Part shown: one piece after another, positions 1 through 12,047 of the stretch
Numbering within the stretch: position 1 is the first letter of the stretch
Layout: every line of letters begins with the position of its first letter
Assembly (NCBI GenBank): GCA_037379345.1
Contig: CM074517.1
Coordinates: 23,374,001 to 23,438,000, forward strand
Reading direction: 5' to 3'
DNA length: 64,000 nt
From: Perna viridis
Taxonomy: Eukaryota
Program-made: the position numbers and the translations under genes
Notes under the pieces: model-generated
Databases searched by the model: none
What the model was told of the DNA's origin: nothing
Seen by the model: only the letters and a program-made list of their open reading frames with translations

Positions 1-125
1 ACAAAAATGACAAGTGCTAGAAAAAGCACTAACTAACTCAAGTGTGACAGTGGGGCACACACACATACATTTCTATGTTCCCTTCCACGTTGTGGCTGGA
101 GACAACTTACTGTTCAGAAATTTAC

Positions 126-209
126 CTGGTCATCTTTAAGTATCATGATTTCCACCAATGTCAGGTAAAGCTTATATCCTAAACTGGAATCCAGAAATCT
201 TTGTGCTGC
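126..209 (-). CDS. ADAMTS exon 7 (catalytic domain)
   Basis: AAQRFLDSSLGYKLYLTLVEIMILKDDQ, containing the ADAMTS FxDxSLG motif; 84 nt, phase 0 to 0. Confidence 0.92.
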
Positions 210-3200
210 CTATACAGTTGATAAATAACAGCAATATAGTGTTGAGTGGTGGACAACACAATAAGGAGATAAAGTACAAGTATTTTTAAGAGTCAGGCCA
301 AATGGGAAAAATCTAACACATGTCAAGTATTAACCAATCTGACATTTACTCTGAGAAGTCTGACCATAATGATTTCACACCAACAGATATGTTTCTAGAA
401 AAACAGAGGATGCTTACCCTACTGGTGCATCTGGTCCATACTTGCAGTTTTTAGTGGAATCTGAGTTGCTCATTAATTTTAGTATGTATTATTTTCGTTA
501 TGTCATGTTCTGTGTTGTGTCTGTCTGGTCTTTGTCCCTGGATCATACATTCTTTTCATTTCTGCTAGAACTTTGGTTCCCTAGATTACTCTTTTAATAA
601 AATAACACGAAAATGTTAGAAAATTAAAATTTTTGTGTATGTGCTTGAAATGTTCATTCACAATGCATTTCAATGAACTTATAATCCATTTTAATAAAAT
701 GATATGGAAAATCCTGTCTTTATTCCTTGATTCTCGTGGTACAAAGAAATGTACCAGTCATTAAATTTGTGGGTTATTTCATAACATGTGTCACCCACCA
801 CTTGATTCTTATGGTGACTGACACTTTTACATTAATCTAATACTATGACAATACAAATTTTCATAAAATAAAAAATAATGTTTGTTTACAGTATGTTAAA
901 TTATACTACTTATTATACTTATAAGTGCATGGCAACACAACATAACAGGAAACATTGACCATATTTTTTTGTCTCAAAATTTCTTACTCCTTAAATTTTA
1001 CTATAGCAGACTACTGCAACCATATTGATATACAACCACAAATCACCATAAAACATAATGATACAAGTTTATAACTTGTCCTATTGGGCTTGCTGTAATA
1101 GTTCCTGTACTGATATCATTACTGGTATTTTTCTTTATGGATTTAATTTCAGTTGTTTTTAAGGAGGTAGATCTAGGGTAAGAGACACAATCATACAAAT
1201 CATTCGAATGTTTGTATTTCAGCATTTTACATCAATCTCATGTAAGCATGAAAGTAACTTGGACTGATTTCATTCTGTTTCATATGAAAGCTTATAGGCT
1301 TTGGTGAAATTTAATATGATACAAACATATCACTGATTTCAAGAGTTATGTCCCCTACCCTAGGTCTACTTCCTTAACTGCCCTCTCGATTTTGTTCCTT
1401 TGAAATTGGAGTTTCGCATATTTGTTGCTAAAATTTAAGCAATTTTCCAGCTATCTGTCTACCAACCTATACATTCATGGGCTTGACAGAGATTGAAACA
1501 CATAACTTTTACTACAATGAGTTAAAGCTGTAGCTGTGCCTTTTACACAGTCACAATTAAGCTCAGTTTTTCGGGGACAAACAAATCTTACTATATTTAG
1601 AACTGTGGTGACAAATCTTTTAGTATCATCACCATGGTAACTAACTGCTTCAGGGGCAACAACTGCTTTGACTTCTAAATACTGTCCTGCATATCTCTTC
1701 CTCCTACTATGGGACTGTACAACATTATCTTCCAGATCTGTGATGGGGTCTAAAAATTAACACAATGTATAGCACCAATGATTTAGATCTATTATGAACT
1801 AGGTTCTTGCGTTCTTTCAATAGAATCCAACTGTAAATCTGCATCTGATTCTTGATTTTAACAATAAGCTTTTTTTTGTGTAAGGAATTAAACAATTAGA
1901 AGATTGTGTACCTGATATTTACATGTGGTCTTCAATCACATAAAAACGGATTTCAACAACAACTACATGCTTAAAATTCTTATAGACAATAATGGATTTT
2001 TAACTCCAGTAGACATGAAAATTTGTAAATATATATATTCCTCTTTTATAGTCAAGTTCTGAAAATCTGGAAAAAAAAACTTACAAAAAAAATTGGTACA
2101 GAATTTTGTTTCCAAAACTTTAATACATTGTACGTTATGTTAGTAACAAGAAACTAAAAATTTTACTTTATAAGCAAAAAAATATTTAGCAGTATAAAAT
2201 TTATTAGACCTCTTCACCTCTTTGTTGAAGCCTGTGATAACAAAGAGATGATTTCTGATTACCGGTATCACAAGTAGCAAATCCTTGTTTCTTGAGAAAT
2301 TATAGACTTAAATTACCTGAAAGCGAACATTTCGATCTTGTAGCTGATCTTCTATACACTAAATGAGGATCACTAGAGATGCCAGTGAGAGAGACATGAT
2401 GCTGTTTTACTGGCTGTATAACTAGGTCATGGTCATCAGCACTAATAATACCATGCTAAAAATAGAACAAATCAGGATATCTAAACAATCATTGATACAG
2501 GAATAGTTCAAAATGCCATCAACCAGACAGAAAATTAAATATAAATACAATTTGGGAAATATATTGTTTCTTCCTAGCAGAAGAGATATACTCCCTATTT
2601 TAAAGCTTTGACCCTTCTTAAACTCTGTGCCTTTCAACATTCCTTTCATCTGTGGCAACATCTCTTCAGCACCTGCTTATGAAGTTTTCAAATTACAACT
2701 CATACATAACGCCAGAGTTTGCCAAAATTACTCGAGACTTTTTGTACAGCATTATACTTCTTACAATAGGCTTTGTAAGTATCTATCTTGTTTCAGTTTC
2801 CCTTCCGTAATTCCAATGTAAAACGCATTGAAATCAAAAGACCGATCTGCACTTCATTATTTAATTCTGGGAAATCAAAATGCTGCATCACAATGCAAAA
2901 TCTTCTATTTTATGCTTTTCTTAACATTTTTAACCTGTAGAACTAGAAATTTGTCATTTTTTATTCAGAAGTTTTACACAAAAAGATATATTTCTTTTAC
3001 ATATTGAACCCAATGGTTTATTAATGACGAATCTCCATGCATATGAATGGTAGACAAGGACCCATTCTCATAAAACCATCGAGTCACATGATGAGACTTA
3101 CATACCCTATTAGCTCTCTTGAACAGGGTTATATAGCTACAAGTTTCAAGTCATTACCACAGAAGTTTTATGGTTGTCATCATGGACTCATGGTGTATCC

Positions 3201-6200
3201 AAATGCAGTGTCATAGCTTTCCTTTCCCCTTTCATTTACCCTGGACATGACAATTTATGAGCAATTTGGCAGGGGTTTCCAGGAAAACAGAAGATGCAAA
3301 TTACCCTACCAGCGCACCTGATCCATGCACCCAATTTTTAGTGGAGTCAAAGTTACTCATTTATTTTTGTTTCAATGTACATGTTTTGTTTTTGGTTATT
3401 TCATGTTCTTGCGTGTATCTATTTTCCCTGTCTAGTAGTCAACCTACATTAAGTTCTTTTCAATTAACGTTGAATCCGGATTCCCTTATTTTCTTTTATG
3501 AAACTTTATCAGTCTTTTTCAGTTCTGACACCAAAAAAGAGACTTATTAATGAATAGCGTAATACCTCTAGTTATAAAAAAAATCACACCATGAATACCA
3601 TAACTAGTTAATAAACAGACTGATTAGAATAATTCCAGAAGATGTTATTTGTTCTGTGATGAAATTAAGATTTTAAAACTGTTTTCCAAGCAAATACTTC
3701 CTCCTATCCAAATTACTTAAGGAAAAATATTATTTCTGGATTCATTATTGCAAAATTAACTCCATTTTGAAAGAAAACAGTCAAGTAGCACAATGCCCAA
3801 TAAATTATTTCCTAAAATTTTCTAACTACATGTAAGTAAACTTACAAAACCAATGCAGGTACTGATGGCAGCAGATGATTGGTTGCTACCTTTAATGTAA
3901 CCATGGTGATGACAAAACTCTTTTTCTTGATAACATGGTTCTAATAAATTTGTATTGTTGACACCAACTTTCTGAACAATACATGCTGAAACATGACAAA
4001 ATGCTACATGTATTCTTTATGCACATGATCCTTGTTATATTGAGAAGGTCATAACCTTTTTTTTTTGCATTATTCATTCTGATAATACGTACAGGTACAG
4101 TAATATAATGCATAAGCAAACAAGAAAAAAAACTACCTTTTTTGTCTATATATCACTCACCACTTCTTACTGGGGATTAACCTTCGTAAACTATGAAATT
4201 ATACACGGCGACGGAAGTTTCTATAATTGGCTACAGTACATGCATCACAATTCACATCAATATACAGAATTCCCAAACCATTTTCAGTCATAAGTGTAAG
4301 ATGCACTTTTTGTAATATTTAATATAAATTTTACTCAAACCCATTGGGAAATGTAAGTATGAGAGTCCTTACATGGTGTGATGGACAGACTGCAATATAC
4401 AATGTACACATGCATTGATAGATACCCCTCATTTTCAGTTCATGTGTTGGGTTTATAGAAAATATAGAAGTTTGTCTTCCTCAATACCATAACTATACAG
4501 GTAAAATGTACATGCACTCTAAGTAGCTTAAATTCTACCTATATAATATCTAAATTTTTTTCTTCTTGTCATACAACAGTGTTCTGGGATTTTTCAGGAA
4601 TTGAGATTTCCTTGGAAAAAATCCATATAAAATCAACTTTTCCACAGTCAATGACTGCTTTCCTAACAAAGCAAATCCTTACAGCATATGAAGTTTTCAA
4701 CTTACCATGGGAAAGTGTAATGAAGTACCTAACTTTCCCTGACCCAAATTTCACTAGCCCTGCGTAGTGGGAAATAGGAATCCTAGAACACTTCAAACAT
4801 GTACATGATGAGTGGTATTACAAAATTAAACAAAGATAATATCATACTACCTGGTGACACAAGCTGAGAGTTAGGTTCCAAGTACAGATGATATTCAACT
4901 CCTAACACAGTGAACAAATATTCTGCTGATATATCTGTATTGTTGGAGATCTTTGTGATATGTGATGATGATATCAACTGGTATCTAGGAACTGTAAATA
5001 AAAAAACAAGATTGACATATAAGTTTATTCTGGGACTGTTTTTAATTTTTGACCTGGTTAAGTGAAATAACCAACTTTGGAGCAGTTCACGCTTCATGAA
5101 CCATGAAACAGTTTACAAACAAGCATAAACTGCCCCAGAGTTGGTTATGTACGCGTAACTTGGTCAAATTAAAAACAATTCTTATAAATTAATTTCTAAT
5201 CTATTAAAGTCAAAATCAAGATTTGTTCCTTCATCAAAGCCTTATTGGAATAATTTGAACTGCAGACTGATCGATGTTGATGTCATAGTACAAAGTTAGT
5301 ATGTGGAAAAAAACCTGTCTTGCCTAGATAGGAAATAAACAATCCAATCCAATTATTTTCTGTTTATTAGGGTTTTGATTAAGATTACGAACAATTGGTA
5401 TAACTTGTGGGGAAAAAATGGGTCAAAGACAGAAATGGCAGAGTTGCCATTAACAGGAAGTAGAAGTGTGACAGATCTGAAGTCGCTTTCCTCGATGTGG
5501 GACCCCATAATGAAGTAGCTTAACAATGTTACAAAACATTTTTCCCTGCGAAAAAAAAGTGCCATATTCGTATTATTATTTAAAAAAAAAAAGCATTATC
5601 TTTAAAAAGATTAGAGTCTAAACAAACCAATCCTTATGCTTCTGAATTGGACGTTGAATTGACTGATTGGTTATGGCGTAACTTACTATGTCTGATTTTA
5701 AGAATAAGGACAATATTAAATTCGTTGGATTGCTTTGGCCGCGGATATATTTCTCATAAACTTACTAATGTCACATAATGAGAATTACAAGCCTTATTGC
5801 TTCCAGTCTGAATTTCATGTGATTAACATCTGCTTGGTTAGCATTATTGTTAAGAGATTAAATGCAAACACAGATAAATTTCCAAACTTGTTGAATACAG
5901 CTGCACTATGTACAAGAATATAAAATTACATTCAGCTTCCAATTAAATTTGTTTTATTGACAACTATTCAAAATTGGTGTGCCGGCATACACCAAATATG
6001 TTCCTTCTATACAACTACAGTTATTCACACATAATTTAAATAAGATTATCAATCTTGCATGGTTGTATAAATGGCTATAAGCATACTAAATAAGGATATT
6101 GACAGTAAATGCAGATAAAGGATATGTATAACACAAGATTTCATTTTCCTTTACACATTTTTATTTCAATTCAAATACATTTGCATATAATTTTGAATCC

Positions 6201-9200
6201 ATTGAACTAATTGTAAGCACGATTTCACTTCTGTGATACAATGTATAACTACTTTATCCATCTGTTAAACAAACAAACAGTGTTCAAATGTCCTGAGCCT
6301 CATCAATAAAATTCAACTTAAATGTAAATTTCTTTAATAAAAAATTCATTATAATTTTCAATAAATTGCATCAAATTCCAATAAGAACTGCAGACATGAA
6401 AGCATTTATAAGGTAATTTAGCAAAACTTATCTATGTACAAATTCAATTTTTATCCAAATCTGCTAATAAATTACGAGATAACATATGGGAAAATTCTCA
6501 TGGGTGTTTGTGGAAGTAAGAACTTACATATAAAGACACTGTTAAGACAAATTTTGCTAAGTTTATGATTTTGACTTGTACCAGGTATAATTTGTGGTAA
6601 TTTTAGTGGTATAAATCAGACCAAGTTGTATGTACCTAAATATGATCTTCCCATCCTTAAATAGTTAAAATCTATGAAAAAGTAACATCAGGTCACATGA
6701 TCTATAATCACAAAACTTAAATTAAGATCATCACTTTGTTTTGTATAACAAACATACCTCTTTGTACCATACATCCTTTTATATGGGAAAGGTTACAAAG
6801 TTAAAAAGTATTTCTTAAAAAACACTATACTATAAAATAAACAATTTGCAAGTGTTCAAATTAGGGTAGTCCAAGGTCCAGAACCTCCATTTCTGACTTA
6901 TACCTTTGTACATGTACCAGTACATTTTATTTTGTAATTTCATTACCCAGGTGACATGGACCAATGAAAACTTGGAAAAGTCCAAGAACTTCCACTCTTA
7001 AGGTAAATTTAATCCCCTACAGTACCCTGAAATACCTAATACAATATGTATCTATAGGTAATACATTCAAGCTTGATGCAGATCTGAATTTTGACTGACG
7101 AAGTCAGGAAAATATCTATCTCCCTAGATTAAGTGTTCAACACACCATAGATATTAGACACAGAATAAAAGTTGTCCAAAAAAATTAGAAATTGGAATTC
7201 TTGTACCAGTAATTTTAGTCCAAGATCATGGTGTGATACATACATGTATGTACTGTTAGCATATCAATGAAGCCCTAGATTTTAATTTTTGTTTAACTCA
7301 AACAAAGTTTAACCTTGCAAGAACAAATTTCAGTACACGATTACATGTGGATTAAGCATATTGGAAAACCATATTAATTCATGTAGTCTATTAAAGTTAA
7401 ATTTCAACCAATAAATGAGGCCATAGATCGTAATTCACACTACACAGCAAGTTTCAACTTATCAAAAGACCCTTTTCCGAATTTCCTTTTACCCTGCAGC
7501 CCTCCTATTTTTAATTGGGTATTGATATGTCGTGAGTCATTATCCAAATAAACAAGAAGCGCCTCATCTGGTTGAATTTTGCCTTTCAAAGGCAATAAAT
7601 TTAACAAGAAAGTGTCCAACAATTTTGACACAAGACTTTAGTAGGACTTATCATCAGAACCATTTCAGCAATTGAACGTTTCTATCATAGTTTCCAGATA
7701 TTGGCTGAAAACTGTAAAAAGAAACCCAGTCAGTTGGCCAGGAGAGCTAAAAAAAGAGGAGGGTTGCAGGGTCAGATGAAATATGACTTCAAAGAACCCC
7801 AACAATTCAAGACTTTACTCATTGAAATTGACCAAGAAGCAAGCAATTTAAGATAAGAATTACAAAAAAATGTACCAAACAGTTTGGACCATAAACTCTT
7901 TAAACACATGTAGATCAATCCTAATCTTTCTTTTTGCTGTGACACTTTGAAATACAATTTCACCAATACATGTACATGTATTTATCATATATAAACTAAC
8001 ATTTGGAACAGGAATATAATATCTACATTGTAGTTACGGAAATTGAAAAGCAAACAAGTTTTTTCTGTCGTGCTGTTCTGAAATTTATATTTTTCTCTTG
8101 GTTTGGGATTTCTTAAGTCCCATAAGAACATTATTACGACTTTTTGTAATTGCGTGCCATGTGTTATTTTCTTGAAAGAAATGTAGAAACTTAGAAATAA
8201 AAGGAAGAATTTTTTACTGCGTCGGCTATCTTTTTTTAAAGATAGTACTTTTTTCTAATATGCTTACCTTGATGTGCTTTTTGTGTCCCGAAATAATGAA
8301 CTAAATCGCTCACGTCTAGCTTTGAATGAAACTGAAATTATATTAAAAAAGTCAATTACTATACCAATTACTATTGATGGGACAACGGCCAAATCCAGAA
8401 ATTTATAAAAACAGATGGTTCCCGAGTCACGAAACTTGAAAAAAATGGAGGGGGCCAAGGCTATTATGATTTGTTCATTTTTGTCCAGTTTTGCACAATA
8501 ATAACAAAATTTTCTGACAATTACGGGGGCCAACCCCTGGAACCATCCCCTGAATCACGGTCACTGCAAGTTGCATAACCCAAGCAGCATTCCTACGTTG
8601 GTCCAACGTTGGTTCAAATGAGTCATTTACTTTGGGCCAACGTAGGGTACCCAATGTTGGGCCAACGTTGGTCCAACGTTATGTCAACGTTGACCCAACG
8701 AATGCCCAATGTTGGCCCAACATAAACCCGACGTTAACCCAACCATGTGGTCAGACGATTTTATTCCTTAAGATATCAGAACAGAATTTTATAATATGTT
8801 TCCTGCTTATGTCACAGGGTACTGATGCTGTACACTCCTACAGAGTAAGGGCTCAAACTTCCTCTCAGTTTATCATATAAATTCTTAACAGTTAAAATAC
8901 ATGTATACCAATGATAAGCTGATTGTATATAGTTTACAAGATTAAAGCAAGAAAATCTATTATAAAATTAGCGGATACTAGCATTGGTATACTAAATATT
9001 GAAAAAAATGCATTTTTTTGCATTTAATCGACAAATGATAATGCCTGTCACTGTTTTGTGTTTAGTATGAATTTACATTGAAAATATTAAAAAGTGTATT
9101 ATGCTCTCAGTTACAAAACTGCATAACGGGGATATAATGATGTACATTATTATTATCATAAGTTTGATTTAGTTATTCATAATATTTTTTTTTGTGTTAT

Positions 9201-12047
9201 TAAGTTCTGAATATTAAATACGAATACTTGTTGCATAAATATTAAACGTGCAGTTAACATAATTTGTGAAAAGAGCCAACATATATATTTTGGTGTTTCA
9301 ACGTTTGGCCAACGTGGGCCTTACTTAATATCGCAGTTTAGATGCAGCACACTATTTCATTCATACGTCAGAATTTGCATCCTTGTTTTACTTTTTTACA
9401 TCGACATATATTTCTGCATCAAGAATAATATTAACTCTGTTTTAACATTTTTGTTACCAAAGTAGTTTCAACGTTGCTTCAATGTTTGTTCAGTGTTGGC
9501 TTACTGTTGGCTCTTGGACAAAATTTTAATGTAGAGAATGATGCAAATTATGTAATCATGTTTTTGATTTAAAAAATGAAATTTAACAATACTCTCAAGT
9601 TCTGATAGCTTCTAAAACAAGTTATTAAAGAGAAACATAAAATGTAATGGTTGTTCTGAATATAGTAGGGCCAACGTTGGGCCAATGTTGGACCAACGTA
9701 GAACCTTTTTTATGATATGAAAATATTTAAAATTTGAAAATGTCGTGTTTAACCATTGGCTTCTCTAATAGAAACCATTTTGGTAAAACTAAATCAAGAT
9801 GAAATATTTCCATAACCACCGACTACTACATTGGGGCAACGTTGGGCCAACGTCGTCTTGCCAACGCCGACTAAAAACCAACGAACCAACCATCAGCGAA
9901 CGTTGGCCCAGCGGAGGCATGCTGTCTGGGAATTATGTAGATTCTATGCAGACAATTTGGTGTCGCATTCGACTCATCCTTACAGGGTTCTTACTAATCC
10001 AAGAATATAAGAACTTCAACTTTTTGGCTTTGTTCTAATCTATTATTTGTTTTTCGCGACCGAATGTTATCAAGCTTGATAAGTAACTATATTGACCCTC
10101 TGCACGACCCCAGATTAATGTTGACTTAAACTATAATCATCTAGGATACAGTGTACTTACAATTTACTTTATTTATCTTTTTTACCAGAGACATTAAAAA
10201 GTCTTAAAATAACTTTTCGGGATTTGAACTGACATAGCGCGGATTACTTGTACAAACAGACATAATAGGTACAAATTAAAATGCGCACTTAATCTTAATA
10301 AGTAACTGAAAAACTCGTCACTTCAGTTGTTTTAATGTATGCATGTTACTTAAGACGTGTTATAAATTACATATTTTCAATTAGAATTTTACTTTATTAG
10401 CAGTACGTCCTTCAGTGTATTCTTTGCACACCCTTCATTTGACCACAACTTGGATGAAACGGTAACTACATATAGATGTAACTATGTGATACAAATGTTC
10501 AAATAGTTTTAGGATTACGAAAAAATGGAGTAGAAAGCAGAGAAAAGGAGAAAAAAAAAGATTATTACATGTATATGAAAGAAAGTTACCGATCGGCTTT
10601 ATAAGCAGCTAAAGATACATGCAACGTATGATATAAAGCAGGCTGAACTGCTGTTCGCGGACTATTTCATAGATTTTTTATTAGCTAATATTTCATTTGG
10701 TATTCAATATTTATGTAAAATATTAAAAAAGCAAACATATTTTTTTTATTTTTTTCATTTGCCAGACAAATGCTTCTTTTATTTGCATAGACAGATACGT
10801 AAACGATGGAAAATGATACATATCAAACTTTATTACTATGGTGATATTCAACAGGCAACTTTTGTCTTTGATCCGTAACTCAGGACAGATATATTATGTT
10901 ATTGAGATGAACTTGCCAAAATATAATTCCTGAAAACACTTGAAATCCGCTTGACATATTTATTCAAATTATTTTAAAGTAGTTGGATGTGGATCGTAAT
11001 GTTTTGAATAGTAATTTTACCGATTTCGACTGGTGGCAATTTTCTCCTGCCCATTAGCATTGAAATATACCAAAAATAAACAACTGTAATGGAAGCGGTT
11101 GGTTTAGCGCAATAAAAAAGCTGGTGTAACCCACCATTTCTATCGGAAATACCTGGAGCATCGCAGTGGTTCCCAAATTTCCGGTTTTTACATTAATATT
11201 TCGTTTGTTATACGGACATTCCTTTTGAATATTGCCTAGGGTTGATCATGTCGGTAAATTCTGTTATTACCCTTCATTATACTATATTCCAAATATGATT
11301 ACCTAGATATGCATGCGAATTTAAAATATAACAAGAAGCACGGATTACTCTTGATTGGATTGTGACGCTTAGATAGTACCATACATGTACGCATGTATAG
11401 AGTAATATACAAACGCAACTCCCACTTAATACGTATCTATAAATTTGTTTAGTTTTACTCCCAAAATTACCCTTTAACTACATAATAAAGATGAAGATTA
11501 ATTTCTTGTCAAGATTTTTTTAACGGTTGAAATAAACTTAGTAAACTTATGCATTGATAAACCATAAAATATTAGCCCAAGAAAACAAAAACAAAACAAG
11601 AAAAAAAAACACACACACACACACACCCAGGAAAAAAAAACTACTAATTTCTTCCTAAATTGTCATTACTTACATCTGGAACATGATGACAGAGAATACC
11701 GAAAAAGGAAGTACTGATATCTTAATTGGGAATTTTTGTTTTCACTTTTCGTTTTAGGCGGCTTAATTAATAATCTTAAATGTATATTTATAATGGTATC
11801 AAGGACTAAATTTTGTCGTAATGGTGAAACTAAAGGTCGTGTAAAACGCATACCAAATTAATTAATTATCAATGCAAAATTTCGAAAAAAAGAGCAAATG
11901 ATTATGCAGAAATTATAATAAACCATCATAGAAAATTATGATCAATAAAACGGTATTCAATGCTATTTCTATCAAAGTTTTACCTCGACTTACCTGATGA
12001 CTAGAAGCCTGAGACAGAACAAACAGAAATGGTAGAAAATATTGCAT
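126..12047 (-). CDS. ADAMTS-family metalloprotease, 5' part (7 coding exons; continues beyond the left edge of the window)
   Basis: Exons 12047-11994, 8331-8268, 4991-4851, 3985-3846, 2455-2317, 1749-1592 and 209-126 join in frame with GT-AG sites (780 nt). Translation: MQYFLPFLFVLSQASSHQ FHSKLDVSDLVHYFGTQKAHQVPRYQLI...YHLYLEPNSQLVSPA...CHHHGYIKGSNQSSAAISTCIGFHGII...PHLVYRRS...KCSLS...RRKR YAGQYLEVKAVVAPEAVSYHGDDTKRFVTTVLNIAAQRFLDSSLG. This is the M12B propeptide, furin site and reprolysin domain start. Confidence 0.92.
391..595 (+). mobile_element. Penelope-like 3' UTR fragment
   Basis: Clear similarity to 17024-17245 (tttctagaaaa..gaggatgcttaccctac...gtttttagtgga...gagttgctcat). Confidence 0.8.
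1159..1377. mobile_element. TTAA-flanked MITE (Kolobok-like); other copies at 26649-26873, 34410-34614 and about 40879-41082
   Basis: TTAA|GGAGGTAGATCTAGGGTA...TACCCTAGGTCTACTTCC|TTAA; four homologous copies in the window. Confidence 0.85.
1592..1749 (-). CDS. ADAMTS exon 6 (furin site and catalytic domain start)
   Basis: SRRKR|YAGQYLEVKAVVAPEAVSYHGDDTKRFVTTVLNI; phase 1 to 0. Confidence 0.93.
2317..2455 (-). CDS. ADAMTS exon 5 (prodomain end)
   Basis: HGIISADDHDLVIQPV...PHLVYRRSATRSKCSLS; phase 0 to 1. Confidence 0.92.
2610..3440 (+). mobile_element. Penelope-like element 3' fragment, split by an unrelated segment at about 2775-3110
   Basis: FNIPFICGNISSAPAYEVFKLQLIHNARVC (RT C-terminal NFPF..SNIP..PAYGVY.SQL.RY motif), then QGYI...KFYGCHH and the same 3' UTR as 17007-17246. 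Confidence 0.75.
3846..3985 (-). CDS. ADAMTS exon 4 (prodomain)
   Basis: FCHHHGYIKGSNQSSAAISTCIGF, the typical ADAM/ADAMTS propeptide CxxxG...AAxSxCxG motif; phase 1 to 0. Confidence 0.93.
4851..4991 (-). CDS. ADAMTS exon 3 (prodomain)
   Basis: VPRYQLI...YHLYLEPNSQLVSP; 141 nt, phase 1 to 1. Confidence 0.9.
8268..8331 (-). CDS. ADAMTS exon 2 (prodomain start)
   Basis: tttcag|FHSKLDVSDLVHYFGTQKAHQ|gtaag; phase 0 to 1. Confidence 0.85.
8579..9930. mobile_element. Non-autonomous EnSpm/CMC-like element with palindromic subterminal repeats
   Basis: aa|cccaagcagcat...atgctgtctggg|aa; many ccaacgttgg palindromes clustered near both ends. Confidence 0.75.
11994..12047 (-). CDS. ADAMTS exon 1 (signal peptide)
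   Basis: ATG at 12047, MQYFLPFLFVLSQASSHQ, then GTAAGT donor, phase 0. Confidence 0.8.

Noticed and set aside
7440-7631. Minus-strand 63-aa ORF as an extra ADAMTS exon
   Set aside because: It overlaps the inverted end of the Helentron-like repeat (matches 21140-21233), and exons 2 and 3 already join in frame.
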